From NCBI GenBank assembly GCA_017459965.1, contig JAFUBW010000014.1, positions 75,984 to 139,983 of the forward strand: 64,000 nt of DNA, written 5' to 3'. The first letter of the stretch is position 1. Every line of letters begins with the position of its first letter. A model generated the notes under the pieces. It was not told the origin of the DNA. It searched no databases and saw only the letters and a list, made by a program, of their open reading frames with translations. This DNA comes from Bacilli bacterium (lineage in GTDB: Bacteria; Bacillota_I; Bacilli_A; RF39; UBA660). Of the stretch, positions 36,620 through 45,595 are shown one piece after another. The translations under genes and the position numbers were made by a program.

Positions 36620-38912
36620 AATTCCAAAAGGTGTACAAGATACAATACCAATTTCCAAAGTATGGGAAGATGGTATTTTTTTAGTTGGAAAGAATAAATA
36701 TTCAAAGACATTTTTATTTACTGATATAAATTATACAGTAGCAGATAAATCAGATAAAGAAGAAATGTTTTTAAAATATAGTGATTTACTTAATTCATTA
36801 GATACAGGTGCAACTTCAAAAATAACAATATCAAATAGAAGAATTAATAAAACAGATTTTAAAAATAAAGTACTTTTAAAAAAGCATGATGATGATCTAA
36901 ATAGATTTAGAGATGAGTATAACAAAATGTTACTTGAAAAAGCAGATTTAGGAAATGGTATTATTCAAGAAAAATATATAACTATATCTGTATTTAAGAA
37001 AAATATAGAAGAAGCCAGAAATTATTTTTCAAGAATAAGTGCAGATTTAACAAGTAAATTTGCAGCTTTAGGTTCAAAATGTATAGAACTTGATACTATA
37101 GAAAGACTTAGAATAGCTCATGATTTTTATAGAACTGGAGAAGAAACATCCTTTTATTTTGATTTAAAAGATAGTATGAAAAAAGGACATTCATATAAAG
37201 ACTATGTGTGTCCTGATACTATGAAATTTGAAAAAGATTATTTCAAAATGGGAAATAGGTATGGAAGAGTAATATTTTTAAAGGATTATGCAAGTTATAT
37301 AAAAGACAGTATGGTACAAGAACTTACAGAATTAAATAGAAATATAATGCTTTCAGTAGATGTAATTCCAATTCCTATGGATGAAGCAATAAGAGAAGTA
37401 GAAAATAGAAGACTAGGAGTTGAAACAAACATAACGAACTGGCAAAGAAAACAAAATGCAAATAATAACTTTTCTGCAGTTATTCCGTATGATATGGAGC
37501 AACAAAGAAATGAAAGTAAAGAGTTTTTAGATGATTTAACAACAAGAGATCAAAGAATGTTTTTATCTGTTTTAACTATGGTACATACTGCAGATAGTTT
37601 AGAAGAACTAAATAATGATACAGAAAGTTTACTTTCAATAGGAAGAAAGAATCTGTGTCAATTTGCAGTTTTAAAATACCAACAAATGGATGGATTAAAT
37701 ACTGCAATGCCATTTGGTGTAAGAAAGATAAATGTTTTAAGAACTTTAACTACAGAAAGTTTAGCAGTATTTATACCATTTAAAGTTCAAGAAGTAAATC
37801 ATGATGAAGGAATATATTATGGACAAAATACAATAAGTAGAAATATGATACTTGCTGATAGAAAACAGCTATTAAATGGAAATTCATTTATACTAGGAGT
37901 ATCTGGAGCTGGTAAATCATTTACTGCAAAAACAGAAATAACATCAATAATATTAAAAGATCCAAATGCAGATGTAATAATAATAGATCCAGAAAGAGAA
38001 TATTCAAACCTTACAAGAGCATTTAATGGAGAGGTAATAAAAATATCAGCAACCAGTAATAATCATATAAATGCAATGGATATGGATTCTGAATATGGAG
38101 ATGGAGCAAATCCAATCATTTTAAAATCAGAATTTATTCTTTCATTATGTGAGATATTAATAGGAAGTAATAATCTAGGTCCAAAACAAAAATCAATAAT
38201 AGATAGATGTACTGCAAATGTTTATAAAAACTATCAAAAAAATAACTATAAAGGAAAAGTTCCAACTCTAAAAGATTTTAGAGAAGAACTATTAAAACAA
38301 GAAGAAAAAGAAGCACAAGATGTAGCACTTGCAATAGAACTTTTTACAGATGGATCATTAGATACATTTGCAAAGCAAACAAATGTAGATGTTAATAATA
38401 GATTAATTTGTTATGATATATTTGATTTAGGAAAACAATTAATGCCAATAGGTATGCTTGTAGTACTTGATAATATATTTAATAGAATAATTAAAAATAG
38501 AAATACAGGAAGAAAAACATATATCTATATTGATGAAATATATTTACTATTTAGACATGAATATTCAGCAAATTTCTTATTTACTTTATGGAAAAGAGTT
38601 AGAAAGTTTAACTCTATGTGTACAGGACTTACTCAAAATGTTGAAGATATTTTACAAAGTCATACAGCAAGAACAATGTTATCAAACTCAGAATTTATAA
38701 TAATGTTAAATCAAGCTAGTACAGATAGAATAGAACTTGCAAATTTACTTAATATCTCAAAAGAACAATTAAACTATATAACAAATGTAAATGCTGGAGA
38801 AGGATTAATAAAAGTAGGAAGTAATTTAGTACCATTTGTTAATAAATTTCCAAAAAATACAAAGTTATATAAATTAATGACAACAAAACCAGGTGAAACT
38901 GATAATGTCTAA
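36570..38912 (+). CDS. VirB4-family conjugative transfer ATPase
   Basis: Walker A GVSGAGKS, Walker B YIYIDEIY, about 780 aa. SD AAGGAGGG upstream. Confidence 0.85.
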   Translation: MMKTLKNLFLQEKEDFKIPKGVQDTIPISKVWEDGIFLVGKNKYSKTFLFTDINYTVADKSDKEEMFLKYSDLLNSLDTGATSKITISNRRINKTDFKNKVLLKKHDDDLNRFRDEYNKMLLEKADLGNGIIQEKYITISVFKKNIEEARNYFSRISADLTSKFAALGSKCIELDTIERLRIAHDFYRTGEETSFYFDLKDSMKKGHSYKDYVCPDTMKFEKDYFKMGNRYGRVIFLKDYASYIKDSMVQELTELNRNIMLSVDVIPIPMDEAIREVENRRLGVETNITNWQRKQNANNNFSAVIPYDMEQQRNESKEFLDDLTTRDQRMFLSVLTMVHTADSLEELNNDTESLLSIGRKNLCQFAVLKYQQMDGLNTAMPFGVRKINVLRTLTTESLAVFIPFKVQEVNHDEGIYYGQNTISRNMILADRKQLLNGNSFILGVSGAGKSFTAKTEITSIILKDPNADVIIIDPEREYSNLTRAFNGEVIKISATSNNHINAMDMDSEYGDGANPIILKSEFILSLCEILIGSNNLGPKQKSIIDRCTANVYKNYQKNNYKGKVPTLKDFREELLKQEEKEAQDVALAIELFTDGSLDTFAKQTNVDVNNRLICYDIFDLGKQLMPIGMLVVLDNIFNRIIKNRNTGRKTYIYIDEIYLLFRHEYSANFLFTLWKRVRKFNSMCTGLTQNVEDILQSHTARTMLSNSEFIIMLNQASTDRIELANLLNISKEQLNYITNVNAGEGLIKVGSNLVPFVNKFPKNTKLYKLMTTKPGETDNV

Positions 38913-40383
38913 AATAAAACTAAAAGAGAATATAAAAAGAGATATAAAAACAATTGAAAAAGTATCTAACGATATCCAAGAAATAAAACAAAAGACAGAT
39001 AATATAACAACAAAAGAATCACCAACTGAAAAAGCAAGTAATGATTTAATATTAGCGTCTAAAATAGCAACTAAAGAAACAGTAGAGTATGCAAAATATA
39101 AAGGAAATAAAGAAATTAAAAATACAATTAATAATATCAAAAGTGCAAAACAAAAAGTAAAATTAATAAAAGAAAAAAGAACACTAAAAAAAGAAGTTAA
39201 AAAAGGAATAAAAAATACTAAAAAAGGTGTAAAGACTGCAAAGCAAACAGCAAAGGCTACAGAAAAGGCAGCCAAGACATCTGCAAAAGCAATAAAAGAA
39301 TCAACTAAAGCTGCAATAAAAAGTATAAAAGCAGCAATACAATTAACAATTAAAATAATAAAAGGAATAATAGCAGCAGTAAAATCATTAATATCAGCAA
39401 TAATTGCTGGTGGATGGGTAGCAGTTGTAATTATTATAGTAATCGCATTAATAAGTATTTTATGTTCATCTATTTATGGAATATTTTTCTCAAGCGAAAA
39501 AGAAAATGGTAATAAGATGAGTGAAGTAGTAAAAGAAATAAATAATGATATGGCAGAAAGAATAAAGCAAATTCAATCAGCAAATCAATATGATGATTAT
39601 AAGATAGAATCACATAGAGCAGATTGGAAAGAAGTACTAGCAGTTTATACAGTTGATCTATCAAAAGGAACGAATGAAGTAGATGTAATGACAATTGATG
39701 ATAATAAGAAGAAAAAATTAAGAGATATGTTTTGGGAATTTAATGAAATATCATCATATGTAAATAATGAAGAAGTAAATATAGAAGAAACAAATACTCA
39801 TGGAATCAAAAGAGCTTTGCATATTGTTATAAATAGTAAATCAAAAGAAGAAATAATGAATAAACATTTATTTTCAGATGTTCAAAGAAATCAAGTAAAT
39901 GAATTATTAAGTAAAGAATATTCTACTATGTGGGCTTCAGTAATACATGGAACTCCATTAGGCAGTCCTGATATAGTTGAAATAGCACTTTCTCAAGTAG
40001 GAAATGTTGGAGGAGAACCTTACTGGCGATGGTATGGATTTAATGAAAGAGTAGAATGGTGTGCATGTTTTGTATCTTGGGTAGCAGATCAACTTGGATT
40101 AATAGATGCAAATGTAATACCTAAATTTGCAGGATGTCAAAATGGAATAGATTGGTTTCAAGCAATGGGACAGTGGCAAGATAGAGGATATGTACCACAA
40201 GCAGGAGATATAATCTTTTTTGACTGGGAATTAGATGGAACAGTAAGTCATGTAGGAATAGTAAAAGAAGTAGCAAATGGAAAAATATATACAATAGAAG
40301 GTAATTCATCTGATGAATGTAAAGAAAGAGATTATGATATAAATAGTGGTGTTATATTAGGATTTGGTACACCATTATATTAA
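38893..40383 (+). CDS. Conjugative peptidoglycan hydrolase (CHAP/NlpC-P60 domain) with K-rich coiled coil and TM
   Basis: C-terminal EWCACFVSWVADQLG (Cys) and GDIIFFDW...SHVGIV (His). Central TM. Confidence 0.8.
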   Translation: MKLIMSKIKLKENIKRDIKTIEKVSNDIQEIKQKTDNITTKESPTEKASNDLILASKIATKETVEYAKYKGNKEIKNTINNIKSAKQKVKLIKEKRTLKKEVKKGIKNTKKGVKTAKQTAKATEKAAKTSAKAIKESTKAAIKSIKAAIQLTIKIIKGIIAAVKSLISAIIAGGWVAVVIIIVIALISILCSSIYGIFFSSEKENGNKMSEVVKEINNDMAERIKQIQSANQYDDYKIESHRADWKEVLAVYTVDLSKGTNEVDVMTIDDNKKKKLRDMFWEFNEISSYVNNEEVNIEETNTHGIKRALHIVINSKSKEEIMNKHLFSDVQRNQVNELLSKEYSTMWASVIHGTPLGSPDIVEIALSQVGNVGGEPYWRWYGFNERVEWCACFVSWVADQLGLIDANVIPKFAGCQNGIDWFQAMGQWQDRGYVPQAGDIIFFDWELDGTVSHVGIVKEVANGKIYTIEGNSSDECKERDYDINSGVILGFGTPLY

Positions 40384-40412
40384 GCACGAGTTTTCTCGTG
40401 CTTTCTTTTTTT
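40384..40412 (+). terminator. Strong rho-independent terminator ending the transfer operon
   Basis: GCACGAG-tttt-CTCGTGC followed by TTTCTTTTTTT. Confidence 0.8.
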
Positions 40413-40413
40413 A

Positions 40414-40510
40414 TTGCAATAAAATAATTAAATGATATAATAATTATGTAATAGAATTAATCTATTACACCACTTTATTATTCCGGTTAAACATATAACT
40501 GGATTTTTTT
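40414..40510 (+). ncRNA. Candidate short RNA: orphan promoter followed by two hairpins and a U-tract
   Basis: TTGCAA-16 nt-TGaTATAAT (40414-40441). Hairpin GTAATAGA-ttaa-TCTATTAC (40448-40467). Hairpin CCGGTTA-aacata-TAACTGG plus T-run (40483-40510). No SD or ORF follows. Confidence 0.3.
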
Positions 40511-40629
40511 GTTTATATAATGTCAATAAAATGTGTAATAATTTGACTTTCATATTTCATAAAAGTATATTAATATGATGTGTTTAAAATATTAAGATAT
40601 ATGGTATAATGAATACGGAAGTGATTAAA

Positions 40630-41571
40630 ATGGAAATAAAAAAATTTAATCTTAATACAGATTTAAAGAAACTTGAAAATTATTTAAGAAATCAATATTT
40701 AGAAAATAAAAATATGACTTCATGGCTTCCTGAAAGATTACATGACTTAATATATAGAATGGATGTTCAGTATATTGATGCAGGTGATCCAAGTTCAAAA
40801 GATTATATATTTTTATGGGAAGATAATGATGAAATAGTTGGCTGTATTTTACCTGATGGCGATGCTATTTATATTAGTATTAAAAATGGATATGAAGAAT
40901 TATATAAATCAGTTGTTAAATATGCAGAAGATAATTGTAAGCCTTTATTTAAAAAGAAGGAAGATGGATCTATAGATTTCTTAGTAATTGCTAATGACAG
41001 TTTGAAATATCGAAAAGAGTATTTAGAGGAAAATGGTTATTCTAGACAAAAAGAAACTGATTTTGATAATTGTGTTTATCCTCAAGATATTAATGTTACT
41101 GTAGATTTACCAGAAGGATATAAATTAGTATATGGAGATGAATATACAGACGAAGAAAATAAATGGAGTGCATGTAATTTAGGATTCCAACCACATTTAG
41201 AAGATCCTAATTATAGAAATGATATGCACCCTTATAATACTAGAAAACAATCATCAATGTATAAAGATAGTTTTGAATGTATGGTAATAGATGAAAATTC
41301 AACAGAAAGAAATGATGTTTGTTCTTATTGCTTTGTTTATGTAGATAAAGAATCTAAAACAGCTTTTGTTGAGCCAGTTAGTACAAGAGAAAAATATAGA
41401 CATAAAGGTATTGGAACTGCAATGATGCATGGAGTTATGATAAAGTGTAAAGAATTGGGCATTGAAAAATGTTATGTTAATTCTTATGATTGGAGAAGAA
41501 AATTTTATAATGCATCAGGTTTTACCACAGAAGATACATTAGGTTATTATCATAAGAAAATATTATGTTAA
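40630..41571 (+). CDS. GNAT-family N-acetyltransferase (C-terminal GNAT domain)
   Basis: REKYRHKGIGTAMMHGVMIKCKELG (R/Q-x-x-G-x-G/A). Start set at the ATG after GGAAGTGAT. The track's first ATG lies inside the TGGTATAAT -10 box. Confidence 0.7.
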   Translation: MEIKKFNLNTDLKKLENYLRNQYLENKNMTSWLPERLHDLIYRMDVQYIDAGDPSSKDYIFLWEDNDEIVGCILPDGDAIYISIKNGYEELYKSVVKYAEDNCKPLFKKKEDGSIDFLVIANDSLKYRKEYLEENGYSRQKETDFDNCVYPQDINVTVDLPEGYKLVYGDEYTDEENKWSACNLGFQPHLEDPNYRNDMHPYNTRKQSSMYKDSFECMVIDENSTERNDVCSYCFVYVDKESKTAFVEPVSTREKYRHKGIGTAMMHGVMIKCKELGIEKCYVNSYDWRRKFYNASGFTTEDTLGYYHKKILC

Positions 41572-41579
41572 AAATGATT

Positions 41580-41627
41580 GTAAGATTAAGATATTAGAAA
41601 TTGAGAAATCAGTTTCTTTTTAGTAAT
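41580..41627 (+). repeat. Conserved cassette 3' spacer element, copy A
   Basis: GTAAGATTAAGATATTAGAAATTGAGAAATCAGTTTCTTTTTAGTAAT, starting 9 nt after the stop codon. Confidence 0.7.
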
Positions 41628-41685
41628 ATTGTAATTAATTTAAATTATAAAAAGTATGGTATAATTGAAAATAGGAAGTGAAAGT

Positions 41686-42183
41686 ATGAATAGCGAAATA
41701 AATGAATTAATAAGTATTCAAAAAGTTGAAAATAATTCTGAATTACAAAATAAACTATTGGAATTTGTAAAAAACTTTTCTTGGGAAGAAGTAAAAGAAC
41801 ATGTTGTAACAGTGATTAAGGATTGGAAATTTCAAGAATGGGAAACTCCATTTGTTGCTATTGTAAATGACAATATTGTAGGAATGGCTACTATTATGAA
41901 AACTGATTATTATCCACTACCTGAGATATTCCCATGGATATCAACAATATTTGTAAGTGAAGAGTATCGTGGGCATAAGTTAAGTGAAAAATTAATTGAA
42001 TTTGCCAATGAATATGCTTATAAACTCGGCTTTGAAAAAACATATATTCCAACAGAATTTGTTGGGTTATATGAAAAATATGGGTACCATTATATTAAAG
42101 ATATAGTTAATTATGGTAATGGCATTGATAGATTATATGCTAAGGATTTAGAATATTTAAATGCTTTAAAACACAATATATAA
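41686..42183 (+). CDS. GNAT-family N-acetyltransferase
   Basis: IFVSEEYRGHKLSEKLIEFANEYAYKLGFEK...YEKYGY. Start at the ATG after GGAAGTGA. Confidence 0.7.
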   Translation: MNSEINELISIQKVENNSELQNKLLEFVKNFSWEEVKEHVVTVIKDWKFQEWETPFVAIVNDNIVGMATIMKTDYYPLPEIFPWISTIFVSEEYRGHKLSEKLIEFANEYAYKLGFEKTYIPTEFVGLYEKYGYHYIKDIVNYGNGIDRLYAKDLEYLNALKHNI

Positions 42184-42193
42184 AATGCTCGGG

Positions 42194-42245
42194 AGATTAA
42201 GATATTCTCGTATATTAAGGTGAGAAATAATCTCATCTTTTTTTT
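42194..42245 (+). repeat. Conserved cassette 3' spacer element, divergent copy B (with terminator hairpin)
   Basis: AGATTAAGATATT core, then GGTGAGA-aataa-TCTCATC and a T-run. Confidence 0.55.
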
Positions 42246-42313
42246 GTGATATTGCAATTTAATTAAATATTAAAAGATATATGATATAATGATTATATAA
42301 GGATGTGATATAA

Positions 42314-43462
42314 ATGAAAAAATTTGGAAGTTCAATAAGATATTTAATGGTAGATTTAATTAATATTTATAAAGATAGTACTCCAGAAACTTTTGAAATA
42401 AATAGAAACAAATATCTTGAAAACGAAAAAGAAAAAGAAGATTCATACTTTTATAAAATAGATTATGAGAAAATGACTAAAATAGTTGAATTTATTGAGA
42501 ACTATTTAGATAGTGTAACATGTGAAAATGAGATGAAAATGGAATGCTATTTCAACGATTCTGAACCAGCTTTTATTAATGATGAAGTCAATAAAAAATT
42601 ATTTAATTTCTCTTATGCTGATAAGATATATCAATTTGCACAAGAAAATGATTTAGATTTAAGAATACATACTATAGTATGGTATAGACACATTCCAAAG
42701 CAACTGATTGATTATTTAGAAAATAGGAATGAAGAAGATAAAAAAAGATTAACTTTAGATTTTATTAGGACATATATGCAATGTTTAAAAGATAGATATC
42801 CAAATGCTTATTGTGTAGATGTTATTAATGAAATGGCTGCAGATCCAGATGAAATAAGGATATATAAGGAAGAAGGACTACCAATATATGAATATGATGA
42901 TGAAGGGATTAGAGTGGATTATTGGTATAAGACATTAGGAAAATATTATTATATAGAAATATTTAAAATGGCTAGAGAAATCTTTGGGGAAGATGTTAAA
43001 TTATTTTATAATGATTGCAATGAAGGAAATAAAGAAAAACAAAAAATATTTAGTACAGCAATTAATCATATAAAAGAATATGAAAAACGAAATGTTATTC
43101 ATTTGATAGATGGATTCGGAATGCAATCACATTACTGGGGTTCTGAAGATGAATCTAAGGAATATATGGAAGACTTATATTCATTCTATACAGGTTTAGG
43201 ATTAGAAATTCAAATAACTGAATTTGATGTGAGTAATCATAGTAATAAAGAAATTCAAAATTCTATATTTAATAATTTTGTAGAAGTTGTACCTAAATAT
43301 GGCATAGAAACATTTACTACTTGGGGTCTAAATGATATAGTTTCATGGTATGGTGGTGATGAAGCATCTTTAGTAGATAAAAATTGTGATTTTAAACCTT
43401 TTACAGAAAAATACTTACAGGCATTTTCTAATAAATATAATTCTAATATTAAAAAAATGTAA
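42314..43462 (+). CDS. Glycoside hydrolase family 10-like protein, no signal peptide
   Basis: GH10-type motif series: RIHTIVW, DVINEM, LFYNDCNE, IDGFGMQSHY, IQITEFDVS, TTWGLNDIVSW. Confidence 0.6.
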   Translation: MKKFGSSIRYLMVDLINIYKDSTPETFEINRNKYLENEKEKEDSYFYKIDYEKMTKIVEFIENYLDSVTCENEMKMECYFNDSEPAFINDEVNKKLFNFSYADKIYQFAQENDLDLRIHTIVWYRHIPKQLIDYLENRNEEDKKRLTLDFIRTYMQCLKDRYPNAYCVDVINEMAADPDEIRIYKEEGLPIYEYDDEGIRVDYWYKTLGKYYYIEIFKMAREIFGEDVKLFYNDCNEGNKEKQKIFSTAINHIKEYEKRNVIHLIDGFGMQSHYWGSEDESKEYMEDLYSFYTGLGLEIQITEFDVSNHSNKEIQNSIFNNFVEVVPKYGIETFTTWGLNDIVSWYGGDEASLVDKNCDFKPFTEKYLQAFSNKYNSNIKKM

Positions 43463-43467
43463 TATGT

Positions 43468-43517
43468 CGTAAGATTAAAATATTAGGAATTGAGAAATCA
43501 GTTCCTTTTTTAGTAAT
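43468..43517 (+). repeat. Conserved cassette 3' spacer element, copy C
   Basis: CGTAAGATTAAAATATTAGGAATTGAGAAATCAGTTCCTTTTTTAGTAAT. Confidence 0.7.
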
Positions 43518-43579
43518 CCCACGATGCAATTATTTTTTTTAAATGTGTGGTATAATTGTTATGTAAGGAAGTGATATAA

Positions 43580-44368
43580 ATGAAAACTATGGAGAAAACT
43601 TTAGAGTATCATGAATTATTAATGAATCTGGATGATACAAGTAAATATGATTCATATGAATTACCTGATGGCTTTTCTTATGAATTTTATAAAGATGGTG
43701 ATATTAATGATTGGGTTGATATTCATATTTCATCTGGCGAATTTATGAAAGAATCATATGGAGAAAAAGTATTTCATGATTTTTATGATTCATTTCTTGA
43801 TGAACTTTCTAAAAGATGTTTTTTTGTAATTAACAATAATGGTGAAAAAGTAGGTACTGCAACTATTTCAAAATTAAAAGAATCTGAATACGGATATGAT
43901 GCAGTGGTAGATTGGTTTGCCATAAAAAAAGAATATCAAGGATATCATTTATCAAAGCCAATGATTAATAGATTTATAAAATTAGCAAATGACTTAGGTT
44001 ATGAAAAAATACTCTTACATACTCAAACACATACTTGGTTAGCAGCCAAATTATATTTAGATTTGGGCTTTGAACCATTTAATGTCAATGAGGATATTAA
44101 AGGATGGAAAATACTTAAAACAATTACTAATCATCCTAAATTAGAAAATATAAATACCATTCCTGAACAAGATATGTATTTTGATATAGCACTTAAAGTA
44201 GTTAATGAACTTGATAAAATATATGGTAAGGATAATTATGAATATTCTATTTGGCATATAAATGGAAGACATGATGTTGAAGTTAGATATAATAATCAAG
44301 TATATGATTATAAATATTATGATGAAGAAATTTTTAGATTAGAAAAAGAAGAAATAAAAACATTATAA
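43580..44368 (+). CDS. GNAT-family N-acetyltransferase with C-terminal extension
   Basis: VGTATISKL...VDWFAIKKEYQGYHLSKPMINRFIKLANDLGYEKILLHT...LYLDLGFEP. Confidence 0.7.
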   Translation: MKTMEKTLEYHELLMNLDDTSKYDSYELPDGFSYEFYKDGDINDWVDIHISSGEFMKESYGEKVFHDFYDSFLDELSKRCFFVINNNGEKVGTATISKLKESEYGYDAVVDWFAIKKEYQGYHLSKPMINRFIKLANDLGYEKILLHTQTHTWLAAKLYLDLGFEPFNVNEDIKGWKILKTITNHPKLENINTIPEQDMYFDIALKVVNELDKIYGKDNYEYSIWHINGRHDVEVRYNNQVYDYKYYDEEIFRLEKEEIKTL

Positions 44369-44385
44369 GATTAAATCAGTTTAAT
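44366..44385 (+). repeat. Conserved cassette 3' spacer element, deletion variant D
   Basis: TAAGATTAA joined directly to ATCAGTTT, as if the central 17 nt of the consensus were deleted. Overlaps the stop codon. Confidence 0.45.
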
Positions 44386-44504
44386 TTTGTTTAAAAAAAG
44401 TTTAAAAATTTGTATACCTAAAATTGTGTTTTTATTATATTATTCGTAAAATAGTAACATTGTGATAAAATTCAATTGTTATGATATAATGGTAATAGGA
44501 TGTG

Positions 44505-45026
44505 ATGAAATTGAAAAAATTAATTTTTATTAGTGCAGTTTCAGGAGTAGGAAAAAGTACTACATGTGATTATATAAAAGATAATAAATTATTAGATAAT
44601 TATGCTATATTTGATATAGATGATTTAGAAAATATAAATGAATATAATAATGATACTTATAATCTTTTTTATAGGAATGCAGTAAAAAAGGCAATTGAAT
44701 TATCTGATGAAAAAGATATTATAATTGGATCTTGCATTAATCCAGTTGATATTAATAATTTAGATACACCAAAAGAAGTTGATATTAATGCAATTTTACT
44801 TACATGTTCTAATGATGAATTGAAAAGAAGATTAAAAGCAAGAGATGAAAGTAGAAATTGTAGTAGTGATGAATTTATTAAAGGGCAAGTAGATTACCAA
44901 AATTATATGCTTAATCATTTAGATATGTATGATTTTCATATTGATAATACAAATATTAGTATTGAGGTTGTATCTAGTCAAATAGTAGATTATGTAAAAG
45001 CCAAAGAAAAGGTCAATGTTATATGA
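44505..45026 (+). CDS. P-loop kinase/ATPase (small-molecule or nucleotide kinase-like)
   Basis: Walker A AVSGVGKST near the N-terminus. About 170 aa. Start ambiguous (ATG 44505 or TTG 44511). Confidence 0.6.
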   Translation: MKLKKLIFISAVSGVGKSTTCDYIKDNKLLDNYAIFDIDDLENINEYNNDTYNLFYRNAVKKAIELSDEKDIIIGSCINPVDINNLDTPKEVDINAILLTCSNDELKRRLKARDESRNCSSDEFIKGQVDYQNYMLNHLDMYDFHIDNTNISIEVVSSQIVDYVKAKEKVNVI

Positions 45027-45469
45027 AATATACAATAGAAGAAGCAAAAGAGTATTCGAAAAAAAATGAATTAGATAAATGGTTACAATTATTCTTAAGA
45101 GATGATAGCTATGAACATGCAAGCCCAAATATACCTCTTGCAGATGGTTTATTGTTGGAAGAAAGATTCTATATTGGGCCAATATTAATGGATTTTGATA
45201 AAATAAATACAATTAGAATAGAAAAAGATATAGAAGATGAAAATGATAAATTATTTTATTTACAAAAAGAAAGTGGAATATTAAAAGACTATAATGATTA
45301 TAATATGCCACCATTAATAGTAGAATACAAAAATAATAAGCTAAATCTAGTAGATGGTAATCATAGATATAGTGCATTAAAAAAACTAGGTATTAGTAAG
45401 TATTATGTTATTATATGGGGAAATAAAAATTTAGAAGAAGATATTATTAAATTTTTAGGATTAAAATAA
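45023..45469 (+). CDS. ParB/Srx-like N-terminal domain protein
   Basis: LVDGNHRYSALKKLG (DGxHR motif). ATGA start/stop overlap with the kinase gene. Confidence 0.6.
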   Translation: MKYTIEEAKEYSKKNELDKWLQLFLRDDSYEHASPNIPLADGLLLEERFYIGPILMDFDKINTIRIEKDIEDENDKLFYLQKESGILKDYNDYNMPPLIVEYKNNKLNLVDGNHRYSALKKLGISKYYVIIWGNKNLEEDIIKFLGLK

Positions 45470-45470
45470 T

Positions 45471-45514
45471 CGTAAGATTAAGATATTAGGAGAATGTAAA
45501 AATTCTCTCTTTTT
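45471..45514 (+). repeat. Conserved cassette 3' spacer element, copy E
   Basis: CGTAAGATTAAGATATTAGGAGAATGTAAAAATTCTCTCTTTTT (shared 5' core, different terminator hairpin). Confidence 0.65.
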
Positions 45515-45566
45515 ATGATATAATCTATTATAGAGGTTGATAATATGGATTTATTTACACGAATAT

Positions 45567-45595
45567 TTGACACAGTAAATTTAAAATTGTATAAT
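45567..45595 (+). promoter_or_regulatory. Consensus sigma-A promoter
   Basis: TTGACA, 17-nt spacer, TATAAT, ending 32 nt upstream of the ATG at 45628. Confidence 0.7.

Larger units (their letters stand above)
12774..40412 (+). mobile_element. Conjugative transfer module of a Firmicute ICE (ends undefined; the element may extend past 64000)
   Basis: Collinear ParB-like, adhesin/sortase, SSB, Toprim, MobC, relaxase, VirD4, VirB6-like, PrgI-like, VirB4 and CHAP hydrolase genes on one strand. No recombinase in the window. Confidence 0.7.

Noticed and set aside
40617-40632. Recurrent GGA(A/T)GTGAT-N3-6-ATG motif in front of many genes (for example 40617, 41673, 42298, 43564, 44493, 49993, 20503, 34670), first suspected to be a cassette-specific 5' element.
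   Set aside because: It is the extended Shine-Dalgarno sequence complementary to the 16S rRNA 3' tail (AGGAGGTGATC). It occurs in core genes too (3095, 4966, 7165), so it is a genome-wide translation signal and not a special element.
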